This document shows, in pieces, positions 45,911 through 56,500 of a stretch of 64,000 nucleotides of DNA. Source of the stretch: a virus; the IMG/VR virus record IMGVR_UViG_3300033144_002959, positions 1 to 64,000 of that record; one strand, given 5' to 3'. Position numbers and translations under genes: made by a program. Position 1 is the stretch's first letter. The number at the start of each line of letters is the position of its first letter. The notes beneath the pieces are model-generated. The model was not told the DNA's origin and searched no databases. It worked only from the letters and a program-made list of their open reading frames with translations.

Positions 45911-47113
45911 CTAAGCATCCCGTGTCAAGGCCAGCGTGAAATACACGTTAGCAAGAGTTGCATCTGGAGTAACAGGGGCCTGAATCTCCAACAAGTCCCC
46001 ACCTACAAAAGTCGTCTCAGATATGCCCACAAAAGTTGCCACCGTTCCCGAGATTGCAAACCGCAGAGTGCCGATGCTGCCACCATTTTTCTGCAAATCA
46101 AAATCGGTCTGCGCCGTAGCTGCGGTCTCTGCCTCAACTGATGAATTCGTTGCACCAGCCGGTAACGTAAGACTCGTAATACCAGACGGCATCGAAAAGC
46201 CAAGGCAACGTTCACTCACTCCCGGTGCACCATTTTTCCAAGACCCCACAACAAATGGTTGCGTTCCGCCTGCAACCGCTCCTGCTAGGGAAAGCGCAAG
46301 CACATTCGTGCCATCACAAACCACCAGTGCGACCGACCCTTGAGTAACGACCACGCCAGTACCCGCTGCCGTCTTCACAGTGACATCGAATGATCCTGTC
46401 GTGTTATTGATAATGATGTACGGCTTCTCAAAATCAGGCACTTCCAAATCACGATCACCGGTCAACGTACCAGTCAATAAGAATACAGCGTGCTCCATGC
46501 CCTCAGCCGTCGTGAGCGTCACGTTAGCGCCCGAAATCGTTACCGGATGGATCAGGGTATGCCCACCTTCTCCAGCCTCTAAGCGTTGATCTAATTCTAG
46601 GTACGTTTGACTTCCCAAAACAGCACTGAGTTGAGCATTCTGATTTACCGTATCGCCCCAGACAACCGGGGGCTGGGTGATTGTGGTAAACGTGCTCGGA
46701 GACGTAAACGCAATTGTATGAACAGCATCAGACGCTGTCGTATCAAAACTCCACGTGCCGAATGAATCGATGTGCGTGTAAAACGTGTCTGTCGCCTGCC
46801 CGGTAAAATCCAAAGTGATGCCGGGACTGAATGTTGTGACCGTGGCATTACTTGGTCTCCATACTGACCCAGCCGTAACATCCAGCACCGCACCGCCAGC
46901 GTCAGTCGCAAGGACTCCGCCAGCCGACAATCTACCAACCGAAGCTCCAAATACAGCAGTCGCAAATCCGGGGTAATTAACTACCGCTCCAGCAGACCCA
47001 ACAAGAGACGCCTGAAGACTATCAATCGCCGACTTGATTATGGCGTAATTCGAATTGTGCTTTGAAATATAGTTGACGTCGCCAATCGCAAGAGTGTCAA
47101 GTGTAATGGTCAT
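45911..47113 (-). CDS. tail fibre-like protein
   Basis: LTGTLTGDR...IINNTTG...VVCDGTNV fibre motif. Confidence 0.65.
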   Translation of the reverse strand: MTITLDTLAIGDVNYISKHNSNYAIIKSAIDSLQASLVGSAGAVVNYPGFATAVFGASVGRLSAGGVLATDAGGAVLDVTAGSVWRPSNATVTTFSPGITLDFTGQATDTFYTHIDSFGTWSFDTTASDAVHTIAFTSPSTFTTITQPPVVWGDTVNQNAQLSAVLGSQTYLELDQRLEAGEGGHTLIHPVTISGANVTLTTAEGMEHAVFLLTGTLTGDRDLEVPDFEKPYIIINNTTGSFDVTVKTAAGTGVVVTQGSVALVVCDGTNVLALSLAGAVAGGTQPFVVGSWKNGAPGVSERCLGFSMPSGITSLTLPAGATNSSVEAETAATAQTDFDLQKNGGSIGTLRFAISGTVATFVGISETTFVGGDLLEIQAPVTPDATLANVYFTLALTRDA

Positions 47114-47595
47114 GCAAATATCTCCAACAAAACTCCGCCCTCAAATCGACCCATTGACCCGTAAGCTGTATATCCATAACCGTCGCCGAGTGTTGACAGC
47201 TCACCGTAATTCAAGGCCCGAATATAAAATGTTCGATCAATCGGTGTGTCGCTTGTGTACGTAGGCAACCCAAACTCAAAGTCTGGCACCGTCACTCCTA
47301 CTTCAGTACGAGTACCCGGCATTACTTTTGAAAATCCAGACACCGTCCATCGCTGCGCCGTACGTGTGAGCGTGACTGGTTGCCCTATTTGAGCGTACCG
47401 CAAATCATTATTGCCTTGTGCTATAGCGACATCGTGCATCAAAAAATCTTCGCCGACATCTACATTGCACACGTATATTGAATTGCCTGCCTCATCCCCA
47501 AGCCACAGAACAGGGCGAGACGCAACCTTCCCTTCTATTGTGGTTTTTGCCCGATCAATATCGGCATCAATTATATTTGTAAGAATGCTGCCCAT
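47110..47595 (-). CDS. tail-tip protein
   Basis: Coupled ORF in the tail module. Confidence 0.6.
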   Translation of the reverse strand: MGSILTNIIDADIDRAKTTIEGKVASRPVLWLGDEAGNSIYVCNVDVGEDFLMHDVAIAQGNNDLRYAQIGQPVTLTRTAQRWTVSGFSKVMPGTRTEVGVTVPDFEFGLPTYTSDTPIDRTFYIRALNYGELSTLGDGYGYTAYGSMGRFEGGVLLEIFA

Positions 47596-49070
47596 TACGA
47601 TCTAAATCCTTTAAGGGTCAACGTCGCTGGTGAACCTCGGGTGAGATTCCTTTCGTAATCTGTAACGAATACCCGCGAGGTGTCAGGCAGCTCCACGATA
47701 TCTCCCGGCTCAATACGTGGGTCATCAATAATTTGAGCATCCCAACTATTCTCCGACGCTATCCGGTACAACAATTCTCGAATCGCAACCTGCTGTGCGT
47801 GAGGCTCATCAAAAATCAAATCGTTCTCATCGGTCTGCTGAGCTTCCATCCAATTCGGTGCCGCGTTGTCAAAAGCAATCGTCGCATTCTGCGTATGCAC
47901 GAAGTCAAACGGCTCACCAAAAATCTCATATTCCCCGGTACCAATGCTCATCATAATGAGCAGCAAAATACCCTCGGCTAGACCGCGAATAACTCGACCA
48001 ACCGGAACTGTGACGCCGCCACTAGCAATAAAGCCCACCACGACTACCAAATCAGGATACCAATCAAGGATCAACATAACCGCCAATGCAATCGTAGCCA
48101 ACGTAGGCACCCAATTATCGGTGACTACTAATATTTTCCCCTTAAACAAATCAAGCTGAGTGTAACTTTCCTCCGCAATATTCAACAGCGCATCATTCAC
48201 CGACTGATGAATAACCATTCGTGTATTCTTAGCTCGTTGCTTTTCGTCCTCAGACCAAGACACTATTTCTCGCTGCTGCAACTGATAAAACCCTGCCGTA
48301 ATTCCGGTCCTGTCTAATGACGTTTCTGCCTGTACGACTTCAGTCAGATTTCGATCAAGCCATTTAATCCGGTATCGCGAAATTGCTGGACGTGACTTGC
48401 CACCGAGAATGCGCTTCACTCTCTCTTGGGTCATTGCAATTGTTGCAATTCGATCTACTCTCCGATCATAAAATGTGATCTGCCCTTTCGCATTGGTGTA
48501 GGGCCAACGACCCATCGCCATACCAACCTTCTCAAGAATTGACCACGGTTGTTGCTCAACAAACTGGACATTCGAATGAGGAACTGCTTCACCACCCAAC
48601 GGGATTACAAATTCATTCTCAGTAAGTCCTAGCTGCCGCAACACATCCTCGGCAACAGCGTTCAGCAACGTACCTTGTGGGTACCGACGTGTGGCTACTC
48701 TACCCTTACGCCAAATACCAACACCGTCACGACTACGCGCCGTAATACTGATCGTCCGATTTCCCCTTTCTTCATTGAAATTGTTTATCTCGTCAACGAA
48801 ACCAATCCAAAGAATTGCACTGTGCTCAGAAATTCTAATCGAATCACCGACCTTTGGCTGGCTTGCAGTGAACATGCCAGTCCCGTCCCACGTCATAGTG
48901 ACTCTACACTCAAACGCGCTATGTCTTGCTTGGGAAACAAAAGGTGTCAAGTCAAACGATGTACCCGTATCTTTGAGAACATCTATATAATCAACGGACT
49001 TATTATAAGTTTTGATCGTCACATTACGAGTAACGCTCGGGGCCGGTATTCTGGAAATATCTGTTCTCAC
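47595..49070 (-). CDS. baseplate hub / tail-tip protein
   Basis: DPRIEPGDIV C-terminal hub motif. Confidence 0.65.
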   Translation of the reverse strand: MRTDISRIPAPSVTRNVTIKTYNKSVDYIDVLKDTGTSFDLTPFVSQARHSAFECRVTMTWDGTGMFTASQPKVGDSIRISEHSAILWIGFVDEINNFNEERGNRTISITARSRDGVGIWRKGRVATRRYPQGTLLNAVAEDVLRQLGLTENEFVIPLGGEAVPHSNVQFVEQQPWSILEKVGMAMGRWPYTNAKGQITFYDRRVDRIATIAMTQERVKRILGGKSRPAISRYRIKWLDRNLTEVVQAETSLDRTGITAGFYQLQQREIVSWSEDEKQRAKNTRMVIHQSVNDALLNIAEESYTQLDLFKGKILVVTDNWVPTLATIALAVMLILDWYPDLVVVVGFIASGGVTVPVGRVIRGLAEGILLLIMMSIGTGEYEIFGEPFDFVHTQNATIAFDNAAPNWMEAQQTDENDLIFDEPHAQQVAIRELLYRIASENSWDAQIIDDPRIEPGDIVELPDTSRVFVTDYERNLTRGSPATLTLKGFRS

Positions 49071-49609
49071 GAGGCTGGCCCAACTATCTGGTAAACCATT
49101 GTCACTGGTAGATCAATCCAACCTTGAAGGCTTATATCAGTAAACATAAATCCACGTTGACCACCTACCTGCATATCTTTGATCACTACATCGAATCCAT
49201 TCGCTGTCACGTAACTTGGCCACCACTGAATATAGTCCACTGTAGGGTCAGGGGGATTCTGGAAAAAACTGATCAAAACACGAAGCTGCGACATCGACAT
49301 TGCAAGCCCACCCGGTGCAGTCCATATCTCTTTGCATTCCACGTCCTTGATGTTCCCCGCCCACAACGTGTTCTGACCAGAGCTAAGCGTTTTTGTGTTC
49401 TGCCAATCCGGCACAATAATCGCCTCACCATCCATATTGATCCACTGCTCTGGCAGGTAATCATAATCAAACGTGCCCAGCGTCGGGTGAATTAACCGAC
49501 CTCTACCCTCTCCAGAAACCGCATTAGGAATTACTGCCACAGTAACTTCTGCTGTAGCCGAACTCTGGGCAGCGATTATGAACGCTGTGCTATTTGTGAT
49601 GACTGCCAC
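49067..49609 (-). CDS. tail-tip (distal-tail-like) protein
   Basis: Size and position upstream of the hub. Confidence 0.5.
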   Translation of the reverse strand: MAVITNSTAFIIAAQSSATAEVTVAVIPNAVSGEGRGRLIHPTLGTFDYDYLPEQWINMDGEAIIVPDWQNTKTLSSGQNTLWAGNIKDVECKEIWTAPGGLAMSMSQLRVLISFFQNPPDPTVDYIQWWPSYVTANGFDVVIKDMQVGGQRGFMFTDISLQGWIDLPVTMVYQIVGPAS

Positions 49610-51639
49610 TACAAGTTCTCCTGCTGAGTCGTATCGATATACGTGTTGCCCTCTGAATCAACACCCAACAAATCATCCGGGTCAAGAGTCCACACTACCG
49701 TTTGACAGTATAGAACTTGCGATGCTGGAGCACCGCCCTCCCAATTATTGAATACCTTCAATTCATCGAATTTATTGGTCCCTGTCGTCGCTGTCGGTAT
49801 TGCTTCATTCGCTGTGAAATCCACCAAGGCCCCAGCCCCTGCTGTTTCCAAATGCCGTGCCTGATCATCAACCAATTCCCAAAGCAGAATGCCATCAATC
49901 CAAAATCGTTGTGCTGCACTTGCCCCAACATCTGTGTTGTTCGAATAAAACTGAAAGAAATGCCACGTGTCTGCCGAGATTAACCCCGAGCTATCCGCTG
50001 TAAAATTATGGCGAGCGTCAGTCACCGTCTCATCAGGCCACGTCAACTCGTAACCTGTATGCGTAGAACCTGCACTATGCTTGAGCTTGATCGTTACGTA
50101 ATTCGCCGTCTGATCGTTACCTAATCGAAACAACATCAAACCATTTGACGTTGTACTGAAATCGAATCCAGTCGGAAAATAGAACCAACCACCAAACCAG
50201 ACTTGCCCGCCGAACAGCGTCTGAGCCGAAGTAGTTGGAACGATGTCTCCACCAAACGTACCGTCAGTCGGATTATCTGGCGTACCTGTCGTGCCCGAGG
50301 CAATGCCAATTTCGCATGACCTAACCTTGCCAATTTTTAGAATCGTGACGTCCGAATTGCACCCACGCGGCTGAGTCGTTCCCTGTTCCCAATCTACCTG
50401 CTCAGCGATAATTGTATTGACAGGTAGATTGGGTAGTGTGGGAAATTGATTAAAGTCCAAATCAATCTCTGGCGTCCAGACAGGAGGGCCATACCCACCT
50501 CCCGATCCCTCGCTCGGCTCAAACAAATCATCCGGTACAACTGCCGACACCGTAATCGTCTCGGCCCCGCCCGTAGCCAAGCCATCGTAAAATGCCTCAG
50601 CCCAACCGTCCACATCCGTGACCACCGTAACTGGAGCAACATCGCCCACACCTTCATCTGAGAACGTCACCTCTACGCCCGCCACGCCCTCTCCAGAGCT
50701 TCCAATCGCTTTGGTGAACACCTTGGTTACCGCGTTGACTCGCGGCTCTCTGACGGCCACTGGTTGCTGTAGGTGATGAACAATGGGCACTGGGCTAAAC
50801 CCACGGATGTAAGTCTGCTCAACTCCGCCTGACTGTGGCTGCAAATCACAAATCAATAATCGATGGTTGTGCCGGTCATAGCCATACAGCCTTGACGTAT
50901 CCACCGATCCCGCCAACTGAGGCCGATGCTTCGTCACGTGGACTATCTGATTGTTCAAATAGTTAAACGTAACTGCAACCCCAGTGCGATTGACAACCAC
51001 GGCATACGGATTACCAATATCAAAAATTGATTGTGCTAGTCCACACGCATGTGTCGTTTCCCCAATCCGTGTCCAAGGATTATCGTTGTCATACGTCCTA
51101 ACTTTGCCTTGCTGGGAATTACCATCAGGCGAAGTCACGTGTGAACATATCAATCGAGAAATCGGATCATAAAAAGATTCCGGCCCGCCCCCGTCACGAT
51201 AGAACGCAGTAAATGGGTCGGTATCGTCATAGGCGGAAAATTTGAAAAGCGGTAAAGTGTCTGTAACCTGACCGCCCGGTTGGGTGCCGAACCGCAACCA
51301 CACCGCCAAAAGATTAGTCCATATATATAAATTTCCGTCTCTGAATTCCCTTATAGCCGTAGTGTGGAGATACAAGCCAGAGGCACCTGTAACCGGCCCC
51401 TGCGATATCTGCTCACCAGTAGTACCGTCCCACCGAAACATATGCCACGTAATACTGCCACCGGCACTAGCACGAACTCGGCTAAACAAAGCCACAGCCA
51501 CACCGCTGGGAGCATCATTCGTCTTATACGAAAAAATGCTGTACGTATTATCAGCCAGCTCACCGTTCACAAGATTGTCCAGTAAAGCAGGGGCACTAAT
51601 AGGAACCGGCGTCGTATTGTATGTCTCTCGATAGCCCAT
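49609..51639 (-). CDS. tail protein with Ig-like and C-terminal carbohydrate-binding/lyase-like domains
   Basis: GVAGVEVTF...TDVDGWAEA Big-1-like; WFYFPTGFDF...RFWIDG beta-jelly-roll. Confidence 0.6.
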   Translation of the reverse strand: MGYRETYNTTPVPISAPALLDNLVNGELADNTYSIFSYKTNDAPSGVAVALFSRVRASAGGSITWHMFRWDGTTGEQISQGPVTGASGLYLHTTAIREFRDGNLYIWTNLLAVWLRFGTQPGGQVTDTLPLFKFSAYDDTDPFTAFYRDGGGPESFYDPISRLICSHVTSPDGNSQQGKVRTYDNDNPWTRIGETTHACGLAQSIFDIGNPYAVVVNRTGVAVTFNYLNNQIVHVTKHRPQLAGSVDTSRLYGYDRHNHRLLICDLQPQSGGVEQTYIRGFSPVPIVHHLQQPVAVREPRVNAVTKVFTKAIGSSGEGVAGVEVTFSDEGVGDVAPVTVVTDVDGWAEAFYDGLATGGAETITVSAVVPDDLFEPSEGSGGGYGPPVWTPEIDLDFNQFPTLPNLPVNTIIAEQVDWEQGTTQPRGCNSDVTILKIGKVRSCEIGIASGTTGTPDNPTDGTFGGDIVPTTSAQTLFGGQVWFGGWFYFPTGFDFSTTSNGLMLFRLGNDQTANYVTIKLKHSAGSTHTGYELTWPDETVTDARHNFTADSSGLISADTWHFFQFYSNNTDVGASAAQRFWIDGILLWELVDDQARHLETAGAGALVDFTANEAIPTATTGTNKFDELKVFNNWEGGAPASQVLYCQTVVWTLDPDDLLGVDSEGNTYIDTTQQENL

Positions 51640-52658
51640 CAGTACGTCACGCTCGCTTGAATCGTCGGGTTCACCCCACCCGTGAGCAATGTCCGGTATT
51701 GAATTTCAGCAACACCATCTTCGTCAGTCGTACTCTGCGGAGCTGTAGGCCCCAACAAATCCCCGTTGCCAACCGTAATACTCCAATCAACCAACCGGTC
51801 TGGTACCCCAGTACCAGCGTCATCCAGTAAAGTAGTCTGAATCGTGCTCACCCGCCCTTGCGTAATGGGGGTCAAAGCAATCGGTGCCGACAACGAATCA
51901 ACTTCATTCTCATTCGACCAAATTCTCATTTCCTGATTGCCAGTGTTATCGTGCAACGAAATAAAAATATCGAACTTCGGTGAGTACAACACTGTCTCTG
52001 ATGCTATTCCCAGAGTCTTACGGGGAAGTATCTCGGTCCTTCTCTGCCAATCGTAAGTTGCAATCGTACTAACCGAGTCATCGGTAGACAGATATATCAA
52101 CCCATCCCGCCCCGGTATCATGCGATTCCAGATTCCAAGAGTGCCGAAGCCCGGATCAAATACGTACTCCGACACTAGATCGGCCTGTACTTCATCAAGA
52201 GCGCAAGACGCCATTTCTGCCTGTGAAAAAGTAGGCGCTGCCCACGTAAGCCATCGATCAGGCAACCTAAATAGACCCACGTACGACCAGTCATTCGCAA
52301 CCGTAAACGCCTGCGCCTCTATCCACGATCCAGTCCACGGCTCCAAAGGGTACTCAGGTGTAGTCAAACCAAAACAAGCAATCGCGTTTTGAGTAATGTA
52401 ATCGTAACCCATCTTGCCTAAGCCGGGAGTGTTCGCCTTCTTATTCCTTACGTAAAAAACACCGTCAAGATTGACCACAATCATCGACCCCGGCCCCGCC
52501 CGTGCACCATACCCAGAGACATTTGCAGCACCGATAATGCCATGATCATCCAGCCATATTGACGAAGCCTCTGTCAGCAACACGTCAAACCCAGCAGTAT
52601 CATCATCATTTGGGTCAGCTGTGCAAACGATTGGCCCTTGCAAAAGTTTAAGTACCAT
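51639..52658 (-). CDS. tail protein with C-terminal Ig-like domain
   Basis: DDAGTGVPD..V.W...TDEDGVA. Confidence 0.6.
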   Translation of the reverse strand: MVLKLLQGPIVCTADPNDDDTAGFDVLLTEASSIWLDDHGIIGAANVSGYGARAGPGSMIVVNLDGVFYVRNKKANTPGLGKMGYDYITQNAIACFGLTTPEYPLEPWTGSWIEAQAFTVANDWSYVGLFRLPDRWLTWAAPTFSQAEMASCALDEVQADLVSEYVFDPGFGTLGIWNRMIPGRDGLIYLSTDDSVSTIATYDWQRRTEILPRKTLGIASETVLYSPKFDIFISLHDNTGNQEMRIWSNENEVDSLSAPIALTPITQGRVSTIQTTLLDDAGTGVPDRLVDWSITVGNGDLLGPTAPQSTTDEDGVAEIQYRTLLTGGVNPTIQASVTY

Positions 52659-53547
52659 ACGTGACCTCAATCGTCTTCACGCCTTCCGTACCGGGAAAAT
52701 ATGTGTTGTAGGCTCGACCAAGAGAATCCGTCTGATTGCTGGCAACATCTAACGAACCGTCACCAACTGTTATGGCCCAACCCAAAGACTTATTAGGTTC
52801 TCCCACAAATACCAAATGCGAAGACGCGCTCAACTGCACCCGAGCCGGTGTCGCTGTCACCTCCGTAGCCCCAGCAGGTAAAACCTTGGGTAGCTGCGCC
52901 GGGGCACCGTCAGTACCAACTGCAACAAAATCAACTTCAATATCGTTAGAAAACCCAGCCCCAAATCCAGTCCACCCAACAGCCGTATGCGTGCCGTCAG
53001 TAGCTTCAAGGTTCCACGTACCGGGATTCTGATCGCCATAGGCCCACATCCGCCCTTTAATCGAGGTACCTTCCACCCGCAGCTGTGCCCAGTACCACGT
53101 GTTGATTACCAGTGTCGGCCCAGTCCACGTATCAATAATGGTTTCAACCCCAGCACTCCATTCAGAAAGCTCCCACTCAGTCCCCAATTGTGCGTCTCGG
53201 AGTGCGTAGCCATTCTCACTGCCACCAGCACCGCTGGCACGAGCACCCATAATAAAATTGTCATCGACATCAGGGCCTTCAATGTACTGAAACAATACAA
53301 GCATGTCCGTGTCCGCAGACTGATGCACCTGCAAATCAAGCCTGTCCCACGCAAGCAGTAGCCCAATCCCAGTGGCCACTTTACCTTCAACATACAACAC
53401 ATTTGGCCCGATATTATTCGTCGTCGATGTATCGAAATAAGCAAGCTGTGGCGTACCGTGTACCGCCCAACGTGGCGTCCAATCTGGTATTGCCCCATTT
53501 ACTGACGCCAAAAGCGGGTCCGTCATTGTTTGTGCTAAATGTCCCAT
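52648..53547 (-). CDS. tail protein (lectin-like + Ig-like)
   Basis: Follows the TMP; TDSLGRA C-terminal Ig motif. Confidence 0.6.
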   Translation of the reverse strand: MGHLAQTMTDPLLASVNGAIPDWTPRWAVHGTPQLAYFDTSTTNNIGPNVLYVEGKVATGIGLLLAWDRLDLQVHQSADTDMLVLFQYIEGPDVDDNFIMGARASGAGGSENGYALRDAQLGTEWELSEWSAGVETIIDTWTGPTLVINTWYWAQLRVEGTSIKGRMWAYGDQNPGTWNLEATDGTHTAVGWTGFGAGFSNDIEVDFVAVGTDGAPAQLPKVLPAGATEVTATPARVQLSASSHLVFVGEPNKSLGWAITVGDGSLDVASNQTDSLGRAYNTYFPGTEGVKTIEVTYGT

Positions 53548-56500
53548 TATCTCGTCGCCAGTATCCTTCCAAATTCACGTTCCAGAACATCACGCATCAT
53601 GGAATTTAACGCATCGTCACTTACATTCAAGACAAGTTCTGTCGGTTGCTGTGTTGCTGCCCGCTGTTGACCCGATGCACTCGCACCCGCCCTAAGTTGA
53701 GCCTGCGTTGGTGAAGTACCAACTGAACCGCCATCCGCAAACCGTCGTTTCGGAGGTTTCGTAATTGATAGTCGCCTAGATACATCCACGGGTTCTGCAA
53801 TGCCACGGTTAATTGCCTCCATCATTTGTACGCCGTACTGCCTAACCGACGCAGCTTTCATCACATATTCACCATCAGAAAGCATTGCCGGAATCGAATC
53901 ACTGGTGCTAGTTCCCGGCCCACGTACACTGCCCCCCGGCCCGCCTCTAGCCAACTCGGGCACGCTGTCCTCCAGCTCGGGCACACTACCCACCGGCCCG
54001 CCTCTAGCTAAGTGAGGCACGCTGCCCCCCGGTTCATGTGCACTACCCTCCGGTCTATCGCCTACCAGCTTGGATACACCGTCTTCCGCCAGTCCTGCGG
54101 CTCCTGCGGCTCCTGCGGCTTTCACCGGTACACCGTCTTCCAACTTGGGTACGCTGCCCCCACGAGCACGAGTATGAGTATGAGTATGAGTATGGGTACT
54201 GCTTACCGGCCCGCCGCTCGCCAGCTCACGTATTCTGCTTACCAGCCCACCGCTCGCCAGCTGGGCCACATTGCGGCTCGGTCCACCGCTTGCCAACTTC
54301 AATACCCCACCATCAGCCGCCTTAATAAATCCCCCTGTCGAGGGGGACGATATAAGACCGCCCTCAGAACTGCCCAAGAAACTAAACAACGAATCGACCA
54401 ACCGCTTAGCCAACCGCTCTGCGATCAATCGCAGAATTGCTTTGCGTACACCCTGCACAAACTTTTCGAAGGCATCACTTAAACTACCGAAATTGTTCAA
54501 TAAATCTTCGAAAAAGTCAGCAAGATTTGCTTCCAATAAAGTCTTAACACCCTGTTGAAATTCGGTCAGTTCGACCGTAGTGTTATCAAGAGTTAATTGC
54601 AATTCCTCCAAAAATCTCAGTAGCGCCGGGTCACCGGGGTCCAGTAACAACAATGCTTCAACTGCCGGAATCAATTCATCCCTAAGTGCACTGGCAGTAA
54701 CGCGAGCAGCATCTGCAATTTTCTCCTGAGCCACAGCCTGCGAAATTGCACCGGCCTCAAGCCGTGCCGTCACCAAAGCAACCTGAGCGTCTTGATTAGC
54801 AATCAACCGCTCAAACGCTCTCTCGATCCCCTCGATACTGCCCTCGGCAATATCATCCGCGATTGCTTTGACCTGTGCTTCTGTTCGTATGCCAAGAGCC
54901 GTAAGCCGCCCAGTGATCGTTGTTTCTAACGTGTCAAACTCAAGCTCAAGTTGCTGTTTTCGAGCATCAGCCAAATTCAATGTTGCCTGCGAACTCGTTG
55001 CCGTCTCACTGCTAGACGCCGCATCTTGTGCAAGTTTCACTCGATCAATACCGGCTTCGATTACAGCGAGCTTTGCATCAGTAAGTTTACGGGCATTCTC
55101 AAGCTGCAACGCTGCAAGCTGTTTATCCGCCTCTAGTTGCCCGAGAACAATTCTTGATCGCGCATCCGCAAATTCCTGCTCATTGATTTCTCGCGCATCG
55201 AGCTGGCGTTGCAAGTCATCAGTAAGGGCTTCGTCCCCTGCCCGAATAGCATCAACATCCGCACGCGCCTGCGCCTCAGCCAACCTATTCTCAGCACCCG
55301 TTATCGATACCCTTGTTTTTGCCGCCGCTAATTTTTCTGCCGCAGACAGCTCAGCTGCTGCCGCCGACTCTTTATCCTTGGTTACCAAATCCTCAGCAAA
55401 TAATGCTTGCTGTGCAACCGTCAATTTCTGGGCAAGAACCTGAATAATTTCCTTTTCTGTTTCAAGTTCTTTTACTTTGTTCTCTATCAAAATATTTTGT
55501 ACACCGCCTATCACACTTCTCGCCGCAGACGCTGCCTTACTTATCACGCTCTCGTCGCCAAACACTGACTCTATCTGGAATCCAGTAACAGGCTCTTCTA
55601 GTTCTGCTCGCATATTCGCAATCGAACCAGTAAGCGCAACCACTTTTATTTCGGCCTCGTCCAGCTGTTCAAAATAAGATCGAATTCCTTCGATAGATAC
55701 ATCAACGTTTCCGATATTTATTTCAGATTTTTCTTTAAGTATGTCGAACTTATCTCCGACCTCTATGATCCGCGCTTCAAGCTCATCAACCTCGGCCTGC
55801 GCATCTTCAATATCAGACTCGGTCGTGAAAAGTTTCTGTAGAGGATTACCGACATCCTCCCTCAAAGTCAGCTGTTCTAATTTGTCTTTTGCCTCGTCCA
55901 GTTCTTTGTTTAATTGGTCAACGGCCCCCTCGGCAAGATCAAGAGCCTTAACTTTATCCAGCTCAGATAACGCTTCAAACGATTCGATAGAATCATCAAC
56001 CGCTTCCGTCACTTCATCCATATCCGAAGCGAACGCAACCGCTGTTGAACTCAGCAACAGCAAACCAGTTACGATAAATCCAACCGGCCCCAGCATCGCC
56101 CTAGACGCGACAGTGAACACCCGCACAGCGGTTGTGGCCCTAGCCAAATTGATTCTTGCTAATCTCAAGCCACGATTAAAACCTGTGAGTGCCAGCTTTA
56201 AGACAGTGAACCCTTTACCCGCAACCAAAATCGTCGTAAACAATGCGGTCAACGCCACACCAAGCGCCGTGAGTGCCAACGTAACCTGTGCAATAGTTTG
56301 CGCCACTTCCGAAGTGGCTAGTAATTGCTGAAACGCAACAGCAAGATTTCCGATACCCACCACCATTGGTTCCAATATCGGAATAACCGCCTGACCAAGC
56401 TCAGTGAATGCGTTACTTATTCGCGTAAGCGCCGTTTCAAGTTGCACACCAAACGACTGTTGAACGATATCAGCCGCTCTTGCTGCCGCACCAGCCGCCT

